Below are positions 1-11,927 of a stretch of 64,000 bases of DNA, in pieces (the stretch's first letter is position 1; each line of letters begins with the position of its first letter). The notes below the pieces were generated by a model that was given only the letters and a program-made list of their open reading frames with translations, had not been told where the DNA came from and searched no databases. This DNA comes from Basidiobolus meristosporus CBS 931.73 (lineage: Eukaryota > Fungi > Basidiobolomycota): contig MCFE01000148.1 of assembly GCA_002104905.1 (NCBI GenBank), positions 90,423-154,422 of the forward strand, given 5' to 3'. The position numbers and the translations under genes are program-made.

Positions 1-585
1 ACATCTTGAAATTGAAGGTACCTATAGCCTTGTGAAAACCAGATTGCAGCAAGTTATTGAGAAGCTGGTGAAAATGCACCCAAGTAGCCAAAACAACCCA
101 GGCATACCACACAGAAGTGCCAAACTCTTTCCCTTGGAGCCTGTAAGACCATATGAGAGATGGGAAATGACTTTGATAACAGACTGCCAACCTTCATGAA
201 ATGCAACAGTTGGGTCCTAGTAGCGATTGACTATACAACTATATGACAAGTTGCTAAAGACATACCTGTGGCCAGTGAGCAAGAAGTTGGACAATTCATC
301 TTCCATTAGTTCCTGATGAAGTGCGGATGCCCTGCAGAGAAGCTAGCTGATAAAGGTGCAAACTTGATGGTAGAGATATTGAAAGCTTACTGGGATACGC
401 AGCTGGTAAAACTCTTGAAAACCTTGCATATCACCCCAGGACTAATGGAGTCACCATGCAGATTAAAGGAGTATTTAGAAAAATGCTGACCAAGTAGTCA
501 AATGGAGCTGTCAGTGGATGGGATGTGTATATTGACCAGGCACTATGTGCCTGCAGAGTTATAGTGCACAGCAACACCTAACAAC
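1..585 (+). pseudogene. Degenerate Ty3/Gypsy integrase remnant, left part (host of Copia A)
   Basis: Colinear with the reverse complement of the Gypsy integrase at 12746-13400 (HLxIEGxYSLVK, PVRPxExWG, AIDxxTxWxVA). It continues seamlessly at 8681 after the Copia element is removed. Confidence 0.8.
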
Positions 586-954
586 TGTAGCAATTTAAGA
601 AGTAATTTGGATATAGGGAACTTATCAAGAAATAGTGATAATAGTTGAACTTTTGTTTATTTGTAAAGAAGCTCAGTATTTATACCTTTGTAGAAGTAAC
701 ACAGCTGCAACACTAAGTAGGGAGGGTTTCTCAATATTCAGGAGCATTCTGTAACAGTTTCAGGGTTAGTACATCATGTTTAGCAAAAGTGCTAATTTGA
801 TCCTGAATATAGCGGAATAATCATAAGATTATATATCTGGAGAAAGTGGCAAAGTCAAGGCAGTAAATAAGTCCTACAGTGACTAAGACTAGTCTAGAAT
901 TGTTAAGTAAATCTTTAGCTGCTGAATGATACCAAATAGTCCAATATTTTAACA
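586..954 (-). repeat. Copia A 3' LTR
   Basis: Direct repeat of 8308-8675, adjacent to the polypurine tract (plus strand ctccccctcaa). Confidence 0.93.
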
Positions 955-2052
955 CTCCCCCTCAACTAAATAATTTCTTTATCCCAATTTCTCTCTAAGG
1001 ATCTCAAACTGTGGCCTAGCTAGTGGTTTTGTCAATATGTCTGCCACCATTTTGTCAGTTGGGCAGTAAACTAACTCCTCTAAGTTATTTTCTACTGCTT
1101 CACTCACAAAGTGATTCTGTATATCAATGTGCTTAGTTCTGGCATGATTAGTAGGATTTCTAGCTAATGAAATACAACTTTGATTATCCTTGTATATACA
1201 TGTTGGTTCACCTGAGCTAAAACCTAAGTCTTTGAATAAGTTTTGTAGCCGTATAGCCTCCGTGGTTGCTTGACATGCAGCCATATATTTGGCTTCAGTT
1301 GTAGATAGTAGACTTGTTCCATTGTACCGTGCCAGGGCATGCGGCGTGATCTGCGGTTGTAAAGAACAATCAGGCGCGATATTATAGCTACCAGAAGGAA
1401 GGATTGTTCTTGGACAATTTTGCACTATGTGGGACAATCTCGCACACTATGGCACAGTCCGACACGATGAGGTTGGAACGGATGATCACGCCAACTTGTA
1501 ATGTTTGCATCACATGCGCAATCAGATACCGCCATTATGGTGGGTAAAATCCGGTATTTGGATATGTTTCTTTAATGTAAATGGAAATAGATTTGTATCA
1601 CACTATAAACTAGACTAGTACTTACCATTTTGGTTACCCTCACTCCAATTGGACACTATCTCAGTGGTTAATTGGTCCAAAGGTATCCTGAAGCTGGCAG
1701 CCCCCAATTGGCTCATTGACTACTGAAAAACCTACCTGATTTGCCATCAAATATCCCATTTTGTTCATTGAGCAAGTAAATCCCTGATCCTAGTGATTGG
1801 ACAAGGTGTCATAGCCAGCACTCAAGCAATTGTGTAGGTGCAAAACAGATCCAATAGCTGCACTGGTATTACAGATGACATATATATATGCAGGGTGTTT
1901 ATTTATAGGGGTTCTGTCTCAAATGTGAGATGACCTTGATATTACTTATATCAAAAATTTGATGATCACTGATTTGCAATGGCTTGATTTGGATCGCAAA
2001 AAAAAAGGGTTGTCGGGATCATTACAAATGTGAGCAATTCAAAGCAATTGCA

Positions 2053-3285
2053 TCATCTTCTCCTGGGTTTTTTTCTCACAGGGATTACTACTGAAGCATT
2101 TGGTAGTGACTCACTTTGCACACCTATACTACTTCCTGGCTGACTATCATCTTGGCTACTTCTGTATTTGTAGTCAGTATTTTGCCTCCTAGTTGATGAG
2201 TGCAATGCTACAGCTTGGCCGCGCTGAATTGCTCCAACTGAACCAACTGAACCGGCCTGTAGTGCCATGCGCTGATGTGTTCTTTTACTTGCCAAGGGCT
2301 CCGGTGGTTGAGGCACTTCATGTTGGTCATCATCAGTCAGTTCACCAGAAGTAACTTGCTGATGGTCAGGCAAAACGGCACACGCAGGCGTGCCTTGATG
2401 CGTTGAGATGGCCCTTGGCTGAGTTCAATGTGATGCTGCAAGTTGACACGACTCGGTCTGCTCCAATGGACTTGTGTCTAAATGAGCAGTTTGGCAAGTT
2501 CTCGTAGTTTTGCTCTGAAGCGCACGCGTTGACTTGATGCGGGGCGTTCTGGTAAAGGGTGTTGGCGTGCTCTGGACTGACGTGCGCCGGCGCGCTGTGG
2601 TTGCAAGAGATGGTAGGGAATCCAGCAAGGTGTGCTGGCACAATCTGGATGATGTTGCTTGCGGTCTGTATTCTTCCTCCTGAAGCTCACCATCTGATTC
2701 CTCAAGGTATTCACTTACCCTCTGTCTGATACTTTGGAGCTGTTGCCTGGATGAGTCCTGTGTTTATTGCTCTCAGAAGCCACTTAGCTCTACTAATATA
2801 TCATGTAGTACAGTAGTCATTTGAGGCAAAAACTCATTCAAAATCTCTTTGGTTCCCAAAGTTGAGGCATGAACAGACGTGTTCCGCCCATACTGTGCAA
2901 ATTGCGTGCGAAATTGCACCTGTGCGGCTTCTTTGTCAAATCCCCTCACTCTCAGCTCATTCTTGATTTCAATACTTGTCTTGTTATATATCTTTTTACA
3001 TACATCGGCTGGCATCTTGATGTAGAACTCATGCCACAGCTTTCTACTCAAATTCTTCCATCTTTGTTGACTCTCTGAGGTATCTAGTTCTGCTAGATTA
3101 ATCAGTAGTGCCCAAATATCTGTATGAAGGCTCATCATAGACACTTGGGCCATACTAAAATCATTTGGCAAGAACTCAAACAGATCCAACATTGACTTTT
3201 CCAGTCCGGACTGCGTTTGTGAGCTGGGGGATGGGTTTTGTCTGGGTTGTACTAAAGATGAGTTGAGGCTTGGTATGGGGACCAT
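2053..3285 (-). CDS. Second (accessory) ORF of the PHIS transposon, probably spliced or disrupted; unknown function
   Basis: 170-aa ORF at 2773-3285 plus Ser/Gln/Arg-rich downstream segments at 2053-2714, with a GTAAGT donor near 2717. It is conserved in copy 2 (17071-18254). Confidence 0.55.
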
Positions 3286-3644
3286 AGCAATGGATTTGGA
3301 TACTTATACAGCAGTATATTGGCATCAACCTGGTCTTATATGAAATATATATGAAAACTAATGTGATTGTTGAATTTTCCATATATTATGCATGATGCAT
3401 CTTGGATTGAGTTGACACAGATCAGATCACATCAATTGCAGATTTCCTATTTGATTATAGACCTATGATTAAAGCATCAATAAAAGTACCAAGGCATTGT
3501 TTGCTGATGATTTTTGCATCATAATGATGGGATACATGGCAATTGATGGAGATTTAACCATAATGTATTAAAAATCAAATAAATAAGGCAGATTGCGCCA
3601 AATCAATTCAAACCACCTTAATACAATCATCCACCATTTTTAAT

Positions 3645-4529
3645 ATGACTTACTCATCTGAATGGTCTTTTCTCATCAATCCCATCACTACCACTGGATT
3701 TCCTTTTGACACACTAGAGGAGATCTATTCCAAGTACTGTGGACCATCAACCCCAATCTACTCAAGGAGATCCCTTGTCAAGCTTCTCTGATATTACAAG
3801 AAACATTGCCCTACAAGGTTTCATCCCACCATCCATGGCAACAAAAGTCCTAGAAGCTTTCATTCCCAGCTGACAGCAATGGAGAACCACCTTGCAGAGG
3901 GTATGAATGACTTAGAGCAAGCTTGGTATACTAGGTTCAGAAGCTCCAATAGACTTCCGTATCCCAGAATGTTCAGCAACAGGTTCCATATCAGGAGTAT
4001 TTTGGATACCTTCCCAGTGAGGATTAACAGACCTTCTAGAGGGCAGAGGCACTTTTATTCTGGCAAGTACAAGGCACACTGTGTGAAGTTTCAAGCACTG
4101 TCTGACATTGAGGGTAACATCATCTGGTTTAGTGGGCCATTTGCTGGAAGTAGGCATGACAAAGCACTCTGGGTAGAGAATCATCCTGAATTCAGTAGAG
4201 GGGAGAAATGTATGGCAGACTTGGCTTATATAGGAGAGGATTGTCAGAGATTAGGATGTATTAAAGCTTATAGGAAGCCAAGGAATGGTGTACTTAGCAG
4301 GAAGCAGAAGCTCTACAATGAGATATTTAATCATTTCAGAGTAAGGGTAGAGCACACATTTGGATATCTGAAGAGATTCAGCATATTGGCAGGTAAATAC
4401 AGAGGAAAGTCATATAAAGGAGAAAACAGCAGAATAGGTAAAATAGTTAAGATACTTATTGATGCACAGTATGTTCATACAAGAAGACATCCACTGAGAG
4501 AAATGTGTCTGGAGCATTATGAGAAGTAA
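3645..4529 (+). pseudogene. DDE_Tnp_4-type (Harbinger/ISL2EU-like) transposase with one in-frame stop
   Basis: ATG at 3645 is in frame with ORF 3879-4529, with a TGA at 3789-3791. Motifs ILDTFP, FYSGKYKAHCVKFQ, GSRHD, MADLAYIG and RVRVEHTFGYLKRF supply the D-D-E triad. Confidence 0.88.
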
Positions 4530-7500
4530 ATAAAGCAAGGAAAGCACTATTCTGAGCAACATAAGTAAGATTGAGTAAAATTACCAGTAACTGTACCATA
4601 CCACAGGCATCATGGTAGAAGTTATAGTGCCAGATAGTGCCGTAGAGTGCCAGATCAATCCGGCACCATAAACAGGCTGGCACTATTTGGCACTATCCAA
4701 CGGAACAAGTCTAGTGCCACAACTGGTTGTTTCTTGCAATTCCAAGTAATAGTTGCACCAGCATAAAGAAATACATAGCCTGTGGTAGAGTGTCTATCAA
4801 TCAGATCCCTACCCCAATCTGAATCACTACAACCATCATACTTTTGCCTATTAGCTGCTCCAGAGTATTCCAGTACCATATTTATGGTACCTTGTAGATA
4901 TCTGATAATCCGCTAAACTGCTGCAACTTGATCTGAAACATAATTCTGCATGAATTGACTGACTATTCCAACTGCCACTGCAATATCTGAACTTGTAGAC
5001 ACCATCAAGTACATTAGGCTACCAACCATTGATTGATAGGGAAAGTTTTGGTCCATATTTGAGCCGTTTTCATCTATAACTGGCTGAGATTTGCTTAATT
5101 TCAGGTTATTGTCCATAGGGGTTGCTGCAGGTTTGCAATTTTCCATTTTGAAGCGTCTAAAAATGTCCCTGATGTACTTAGACTGATTCAGCACAATTTT
5201 CTGCGTAGGTATGTCAAATTTGACATCTATTCCAAGAAAATAGCTCAGTTTTCCAAGATCTTTCATCTCAAACTTGCTGAAGAGATCTGATTTTGTCTGC
5301 TTAAGTGCCTCTTGGTTACTTGTAGCTATAATTAGGTTGGCCACATAAAGTATCAGGATGATCACACCCTTTTTGAGCTGTTTCATATATATACAGTGAT
5401 CTGCAGTGCTACAAGAGAACCCAATTTCCTCTAGATATGTATCAATCTTGTTATACCATGCTCTGGGTGCCTGCTTAAGCCCATACAACAATTTTCTAAG
5501 TTTGCACACCTTATGGGGGCCTTTTGAATTGGTAAAATCTTCTGGTTGCTCCATATATATAGTTTCTTGCAAATCCCCATTTAGAGAGGCTGTTTTGACG
5601 TCCATTTGGTGTAGATCTAGACTGTGTACAGCTGCCAGGGCTAGAACTGTCCTAATAGAGTTAAACTTGGCAACTGGAGCAGATATTTTCTTAAAGTCTA
5701 GTCCCTGGATCCGGGAATAGCCTTTAGCTACCAATCTAGCCTTGTACTTATCAACGGCACCATTTGAGGTTATCTTGATCTTGTAGACCCATCTACATCC
5801 TATTGGCTTTCTCCCATTTGGTAAATCTACCAGTTCCCATGTTTTTGCCTTGATTAGTGATTGGTACTCCTCCTGCATGGCATGTTGCCACTTAGTAGCA
5901 TCTGGACTTTGCATTGCCTGTTCCAAATTCTGAGGTTTGGCACATAAGGCAAGATAAGCTACTTCATGATCATTGGATGTCTGCCACCAGGATCCAGGGG
6001 CATTTCTTACTCTAGTAGATCTCCTAACTGAGATAATCTGTTCTGATCTGGAGCTTGTAGAAGTATCTTCCATATCTGGCTGGATTTGGTACGTATCTTC
6101 TTCATTAGTGTTGATTGCATCATCAGGCAGCTGACCAATGATTTCTGTGGCTTTCTGATCTGAATTCTCCTCAAATACAACATCCCTGCACTTGATCAGC
6201 TTCTGAATTTTGCCATCATACACTCTATACCCTTTGGTATCTTCACAATACCCAAGAAAGATCCCTATCCTACTCTTTGGTTCCAACTTTGAGCATTTTT
6301 TGTCAGGGATGTGATAAAAAACATCACTGCCAAAGATCTTGAGGTGCTGGAGATCTGGCTTTTTGCTTGTATATACTTCAAAGGGTGTAGAATCACATAG
6401 TGCTGTGGTTGGGCATCTGTTCTTGATGTATACAGCAGTAGCAACAGATTCAACCCAAAGCTTGTGGTCCATTTCCTTATCATGTAGCATAGATCTTCCC
6501 ATCTCTACTATTGTTCTATTTGCACGTTCTGCTACTCCATTTTGCTGTGGAGTATGAGGAACTGTGGTTTGTTGAAGTATACCAGTAGACAAGCAGTATT
6601 TTGCAAACTCCTTTGAGCAGTATTCTCCTCCATTGTCACTTTGTAGTACCTTCAATTTGCACCCAGTTTGTGTTTCTGCCATGTTCTTGAAGTGCTTAAA
6701 CATCTCTAAAGCTTCATCCTTTGTTTTGAGGAAGTACACCCATGTATATCTTGTCTTGTCATCAATAAACGTCATAAAGTATCTCTTGGCTCCAAAGGAC
6801 AGTGTTGTGATGGGGCCACATATGTCTGAGTGTACAATAGCCAATATTACGGTGGTATTGATGCCTTCTGAGCTCTTGAAACGTTGCCTAGCTTGGTTGC
6901 CATATGAACATCCCTTACAAACATTCAATTTGATTGGAATTGAGTATTTTAGGCCCAAAACAAGCCAATTTTTCACTAATTAGCTCATTTTCTGTTCCCC
7001 AATGTGTCCTAGCCTCCTATGCCACATTTCCCAGTTGGTTTCATCAGTTTCAGCAATGTTGACTTACTCAGGTACAATGATCTTGCATTGTAACTTGTAT
7101 ATATTGTGATCTCTGATTCCCAAAGCTAATTTTTGTCCATTTTCACTCAATGTTGAGCAGCTCAGCTTAGTAAAAACAAATTTCAGTCCCTGAGTAGTTG
7201 CTTTACTGACTGAGAGTAGAATCTTAGCTATTCCAGGTACATAGAGTACGTCAGTCAGTATTGCTGTTGTTGCCCCTGAGTTATCACTCATATTTAGTTG
7301 TATAGACCCACTGGTGGAAGCTTCCAATGCAGAGATATCTCCCAGATAAACCTTTCTTATGGGAATAGTGTTTAAGTTGCTGAACCAATCCTTTATACCA
7401 CAAATATGCTGTGATGCTCCAGAGTCAATATACCATTCATTACTTTGGTACTTGCACTCTCTTGTACAGTTACAAATAACTGTTCATCAGTAGTAATATG

Positions 7501-8295
7501 GTTTGCCTGCTCTAGTTTCTGTTTTTTGTCTGCTTGTTTCTTCTTGCATTCTCTTGCCTAGTGTCCTGGCTTTTTACAGTAGTTACAGCAGCCATGTTTT
7601 CTTTGGTTTTGTTGCTTTCCCTTCTTTTCTGTGTGCCTTTCAGAACTGAATAAAGCATTATCTTCAATTTTCTCTGCTTGATCATTACGTCTGAGTTCTT
7701 GATGGAGAAGTCTTCCTTTGACATAGTCTAAAGTCAAGTTGTCTTCTCTGCTTTCAAAAGAAAGTATGAGTGGCTCATACTTGTCTGGTAGGCTGCAAGG
7801 CAGACAGAGTATCTTTTCTTCATCATCTACACCAGCATTAATACTGTAAAGTTCTTCTGCAAGTGTCTCCATTCTGGTACTGAGTTGTAGCATGTCATCA
7901 TCTGGTTTCTTCCTCATGTTGAGGAACTTCTGTTTCAAATAAAGCTTGCTTGATACTGACTTTGCTCTAAAGATCTTCTCTAAGGATTCCCATGCTGCTT
8001 TGGCAATATTTGAGGCATGGATTTGTCCAATGAAGGAGTCTTGCACATTGATGCATATGGCATTGAAGGCCTTTCTATCCTTCTCTTGAAACTTCCCCAC
8101 ATCTTCTGCTGTTCCTTTGGGCTCAACTTCCTTTCCTGTTACTATGTTCCAAAGCTTTCTTTCCTAAAGGTGGATCTGCATCTTGATTCTCCAAAGTCTG
8201 TAGTTTGTCCCATCAGACCTCTCCTTTACATGGAAGATGTTGGTATTTCTTTGTTTGCTGGTAGAAGTCACTTTTAGAATAGATTAAGGCAATTG

Positions 8296-8307
8296 GGGCT
8301 CATAACC
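8296..8307 (-). promoter_or_regulatory. Copia A primer-binding site, half-tRNAiMet type
   Basis: GGTTATGAGCCC lies immediately after the 5' LTR on the minus strand. It is complementary to the fungal tRNAiMet anticodon stem-loop, as in Ty5 and Drosophila copia. Confidence 0.8.
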
Positions 8308-8675
8308 TGTTGCAATTCAAGAAAAAATTTGGATATAGAGAACTTATCAAGAAATAGTGATAATAGTTGAACTGTTGTTTATTCATAAAGAAGCTCAGTA
8401 TCCATACCTTTGTAGAAGTAATACAGCTGTAACACTAAGTAGGGAGGGTTTATCAATATTCAGGAGCATTCTGTAACAGTTTCAGGGTTAGTACATAATG
8501 TTTGGTAATAGTGCTAATTTGATCCTGACTATAGGGAATAATCATAAGATCATATATCTGGAGAAAGTGGCAAAGTTAAGGCAGTAGATGAGTCCTACAG
8601 TGACTAAGACTAGTCTAGAATTGTTAAGTAAATCTTTAGCTGCTGAATGATACCAAATAGTCCAATATTTCAACA
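8308..8675 (-). repeat. Copia A 5' LTR
   Basis: Direct repeat of 586-954, flanked by the PBS and the TSD. Confidence 0.93.
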
Positions 8676-8680
8676 ACAAC

Positions 8681-9260
8681 TGCCATTTTACTTAGTGTAT
8701 GGATGTACACCAAGTATCCCAGGAGATCTAACACTACCAATGCTTCCCTATGTTTTGGATGATGAATTTGGTCATCCTAGTATATACAGGCAACTATAAT
8801 AAAGATGTCAAGAGGGATGGGTCAAGGTACCCAAAATTGCAGAAAAGTTGAAGAAGTGATCAGAACCCTCTCAGCTATAGTAGTGAAAAACATGATGATT
8901 GACTGCTTGGATATTTAAGTTAGATAAGTTTTAGTCATATCAATTGGCTTTATGATTGGCCTATCCACATATCAGTATTATCTAACAAATAAGTGAAATT
9001 AGTCAGCAGATGAATCCGCAGATCCTTAGCTGACAGATATATAGCTTTAAAATAGGATCTTATAGAGTAAAGACAATGCAATCATATGAGTTGTCAGTCA
9101 CAACGCATATTAGGGAATACATTTACTCAGCCATTGATCTGACAAAAAGTATATAATGCTGGAATAACTAGGAGTCCACCAGATTATCAATATATTATGA
9201 ACTAGCACTTGTTTGAATGATGTAATTCAGTATATTAACTTATATATTAGTTTGTAGATA
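8681..9260 (+). mobile_element. Gypsy integrase tail plus a degenerate Gypsy LTR related to the Gypsy B LTR
   Basis: Continues the integrase from 1-585 (LPFYxxYGCxPxIPGDL). From about 8890 it matches the reverse complement of LTR B (attagtcagcagatgaatccgcagatcc). Boundaries are approximate. Confidence 0.6.
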
Positions 9261-9389
9261 TTTGCTAATTGTTAAGATATGGTGAAGTACAGAATCTCAG
9301 GAAAATCTGATAGTTGCCCAAATATGCTGAAACTTGGCATATGTAGTCCTGAGGTCCCCTAACAATGAACATTTGGTTACATATATGTA

Positions 9390-11150
9390 GTTTTTCATTA
9401 AGTACCAATACTGGGTTGCAACTTAATAAATCATCAAGTGAGCATCATGTAAGTCTTCTGATTGTCTATTTTACTCTAATATGCTCTACTATCTCTGCCT
9501 GGGCTGAGTTTGTGCTAAAAATTCAGAATGCTTTTGAGCCTCTATATTGGCAGTTGCTACCAAGAAAGAGGCTGAAAACACATGGATAGAAAGGACTGGT
9601 ACAAGAATATACATATAGGTATAGATTACTACCTAGACAGATTAAAATAATATGATCCCCTGACCCAAATATATACTTTATTGATGGGCTGAAGGAAATA
9701 ATGTGTAAGCAGTGAGTTATTGACAACCAAAGACTATTGACAGTGCCAACAAGATTGCCATGAACTAGGAACTTATTATGTGTATAGCTGCAAAGCCTAC
9801 AGTGGCTAACCAGAGTAGCTATAATTACTATGAAAGAAGACAATCAGAAGTAGAGCCAATGGCAATAGGTGCTATGCAGATGAATGTAGGAAGAAAGTAT
9901 CCTAGTTGAATGCCACCAACATGCATATGTCTCAAAGAACTACCCTGGAAGAAGAAATGGATGTCAGTGTACATGAACCTCTGACCATGTAGAAGCTCAG
10001 AAACATAATGAGGTAGAGGATCAACTTGAAGAAGGCTCATAGATAACCTTGCATATAATTGAAGAACTCTCAACCTGAATATCATCAAGCTAAGAAAATC
10101 TGCTATATCTGAATGAAGTTGTTAATAGAGAAACCTGTATCACTTAGGCACATATCAGAGTAATTTGTCTGGAAAGCTGAAGTTAACTTAGAACCTACCA
10201 AATCAACTTCAGTCTTAGCAGTTGCAGGGAACTCTCATATAGTTAGTCATATACTCAGCCAGTACAAATCAAAATTGCTGACAATGCAGATGACCTACAG
10301 GTGTACATATTTGGAACCTGACTATTTGACCTGGAATTTGGAAAATTGCGGCTATTAGAGCCCAATATATCAGTCAACTGGAGTACATATGCTACTCAGC
10401 TCCAAAAAGGTAAGCAGACATATGGTGTACTACCTGCAAGACTGGATTTACATTTGGTCCTAGTATGATTGACATATTGCAATTTAACAAGTAATCTGGA
10501 TGCAAGGAACTTATCAAGATATAGTGATAATATTTATAATAGTAAAGAGCATAAGAAAGGCAAAAGAGGATTTGTTGCTAAAGTATGATATACAAAGGTG
10601 CAGAAAGGCAACCTGATATGCAAGGCAACTATTAAGTTGGGAAAAAGAAGGAGAAACATGTTCTTGTGTAGTCAAGTATGAAAATGTTGTTTATTCATAA
10701 AGCTGGTAATTACATAACCTTTGTAGAAGTAATACAGCTGTGACACTAAGTAAGGAGGGATTCTTAACATTCAGGAGCATTCTGCAACAGTTTCAGGGCT
10801 TTTACATAAAATTAGGTCAAAAGTATTGTTTTGATCTTCACTACAGGGGTCAAATTGTCAGATCATAGATGTGAAGAAACTGGCAAAGTTGGGGCTGCAA
10901 ATAAGTCCTACAGTGACCAAGACTAGTCTAGAATTGTTAAGTGATTTTTAGCTGCTGAATGATAGCAAATAGTCCAATATTTCCACATGACACAAGTGAG
11001 CCTTGCAAGATACAGCTCTGCCAAGCACTTGGGAAAGGTATCAGATGCTTCTCCTGGCAGTATTACAGGATGACTCCACTACTCCAGTTCCCAGAAAGTC
11101 CCAGCACTTCTGAGGGAATATTCAGATGCTTTTTGAAAAAAGTTGTAAGT
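9390..11150 (+). pseudogene. Degenerate Gypsy gag-protease remnant interrupted by a solo LTR
   Basis: WAEFVLKIQNAFEP matches Gypsy B gag (WDEFVLEIQDTFEP). LQVYIFG and LPARLD match the B protease region. Confidence 0.7.
10475..10987. repeat. Copia A solo LTR carrying an insert of about 150 bp
   Basis: Homologous to 586-954. TSD TGACA at 10470-10474 and 10988-10992. Extra purine-rich sequence at about 10533-10685. Confidence 0.85.
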
Positions 11151-11312
11151 TCATGACATTGACATAAGAAATAGTCCCTAGTGTGCAATAGTGTAGTAGT
11201 GCTTTCTTAGCATACCAATATTAGCCCAAAGCTTGCTTGCCTGCTTGAAATCAGGATAAAGCTCATGGAACAAATTACGCACATTCTGCTTGGCTGTAAG
11301 TGTTATAAATAG

Positions 11313-11613
11313 TCACAAGGCAGGAGAGTAGAGCTAGGCAAGTCAGGACCAGGAAAGGACTTGGGTGTGGATCAACAAGGCAAGGCTGTTTACTTAAGAC
11401 CTGTGTTTACCAGAATAAGGAATACAAAAGGGGGATAGAGCTATATATACACTTTGGCAATATGGATGCCAAGAGATATATGAGTAGGATTTATGGGGTT
11501 CTGGGGTGAGGCACAGTAAGTGCACCATGATAGAAATATACTAAAGAACAGACTGGAATATCACATGGGGATATGCCAAGGGTTAGCTGATCAGGTAACC
11601 AGGTCATCTGACA
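11313..11613 (-). repeat. LTR segment related to the Gypsy D 5' LTR
   Basis: Aligns with about 20885-21199 (cacaaggcag...ccaggtca.tgaca). Homology is lost to the left. Confidence 0.65.
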
Positions 11614-11927
11614 TGGAGTTCTTTCAACTCAGGTTGCAAGAGGTTGTAAATAGGACCAAAAGGTAGGTTTTTTCCTTCTTCAGGGTTGATGGGACAATCA
11701 TAGGGTCTATGGGCTGGGAGTAGTTCAGCTTTCTTCTTGTCAAAGACATGGGCAAACTCTGGATACTTGGCAGGTATTTCATTGGAGGGGGTTCCTTCAG
11801 TGATGATAGGCTACTGGGTCTGGGGTAGCTTAGTAAAGGATACTTCCTTACCTGAAAAGTCAGGTAGTTTCATGGAGTTGACATGATGGATTCTGGGGAA
11901 TATCAGGATTTTGGTCTTCCAGTTAAC

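Larger units (their letters stand above)
1310..4712 (+). mobile_element. PIF/Harbinger-superfamily (PHIS, Pangu-like) DNA transposon, copy 1
   Basis: TIRs AGACTTGTTCCATTG (1310-1324) and CAACGGAACAAGTCT (4698-4712). 3-bp TSD AGT at 1307-1309 and 4713-4715. Removing it restores the Copia PVVALSTTEA motif. It carries a DDE transposase and a divergent second ORF. Confidence 0.9.
979..8250 (-). pseudogene. Copia A gag-pol, with stops, frameshifts and a DNA-transposon insertion in RNase H
   Basis: Gag with CxxCxxxxH (7558-8100). Integrase IVHSDICG/QSDNGGEY/NGVAER and RT (4913-6976). RNase H pieces at 4655-4879 and 979-1309 (KHIDI, MVADILTKPL). Confidence 0.9.
586..8675 (-). mobile_element. Ty1/Copia LTR retrotransposon, family A, full length but decayed
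   Basis: TG..CA LTRs at 586-954 and 8308-8675. 5-bp TSD ACAAC at 581-585 and 8676-8680. PPT at 955-965 and PBS at 8296-8307. Gag-PR-IN-RT-RH order. Confidence 0.95.

Noticed and set aside
979-1437. 152-aa ORF as a standalone gene
   Set aside because: It is a chimera of the PHIS left end and the Copia A RNase H tail.
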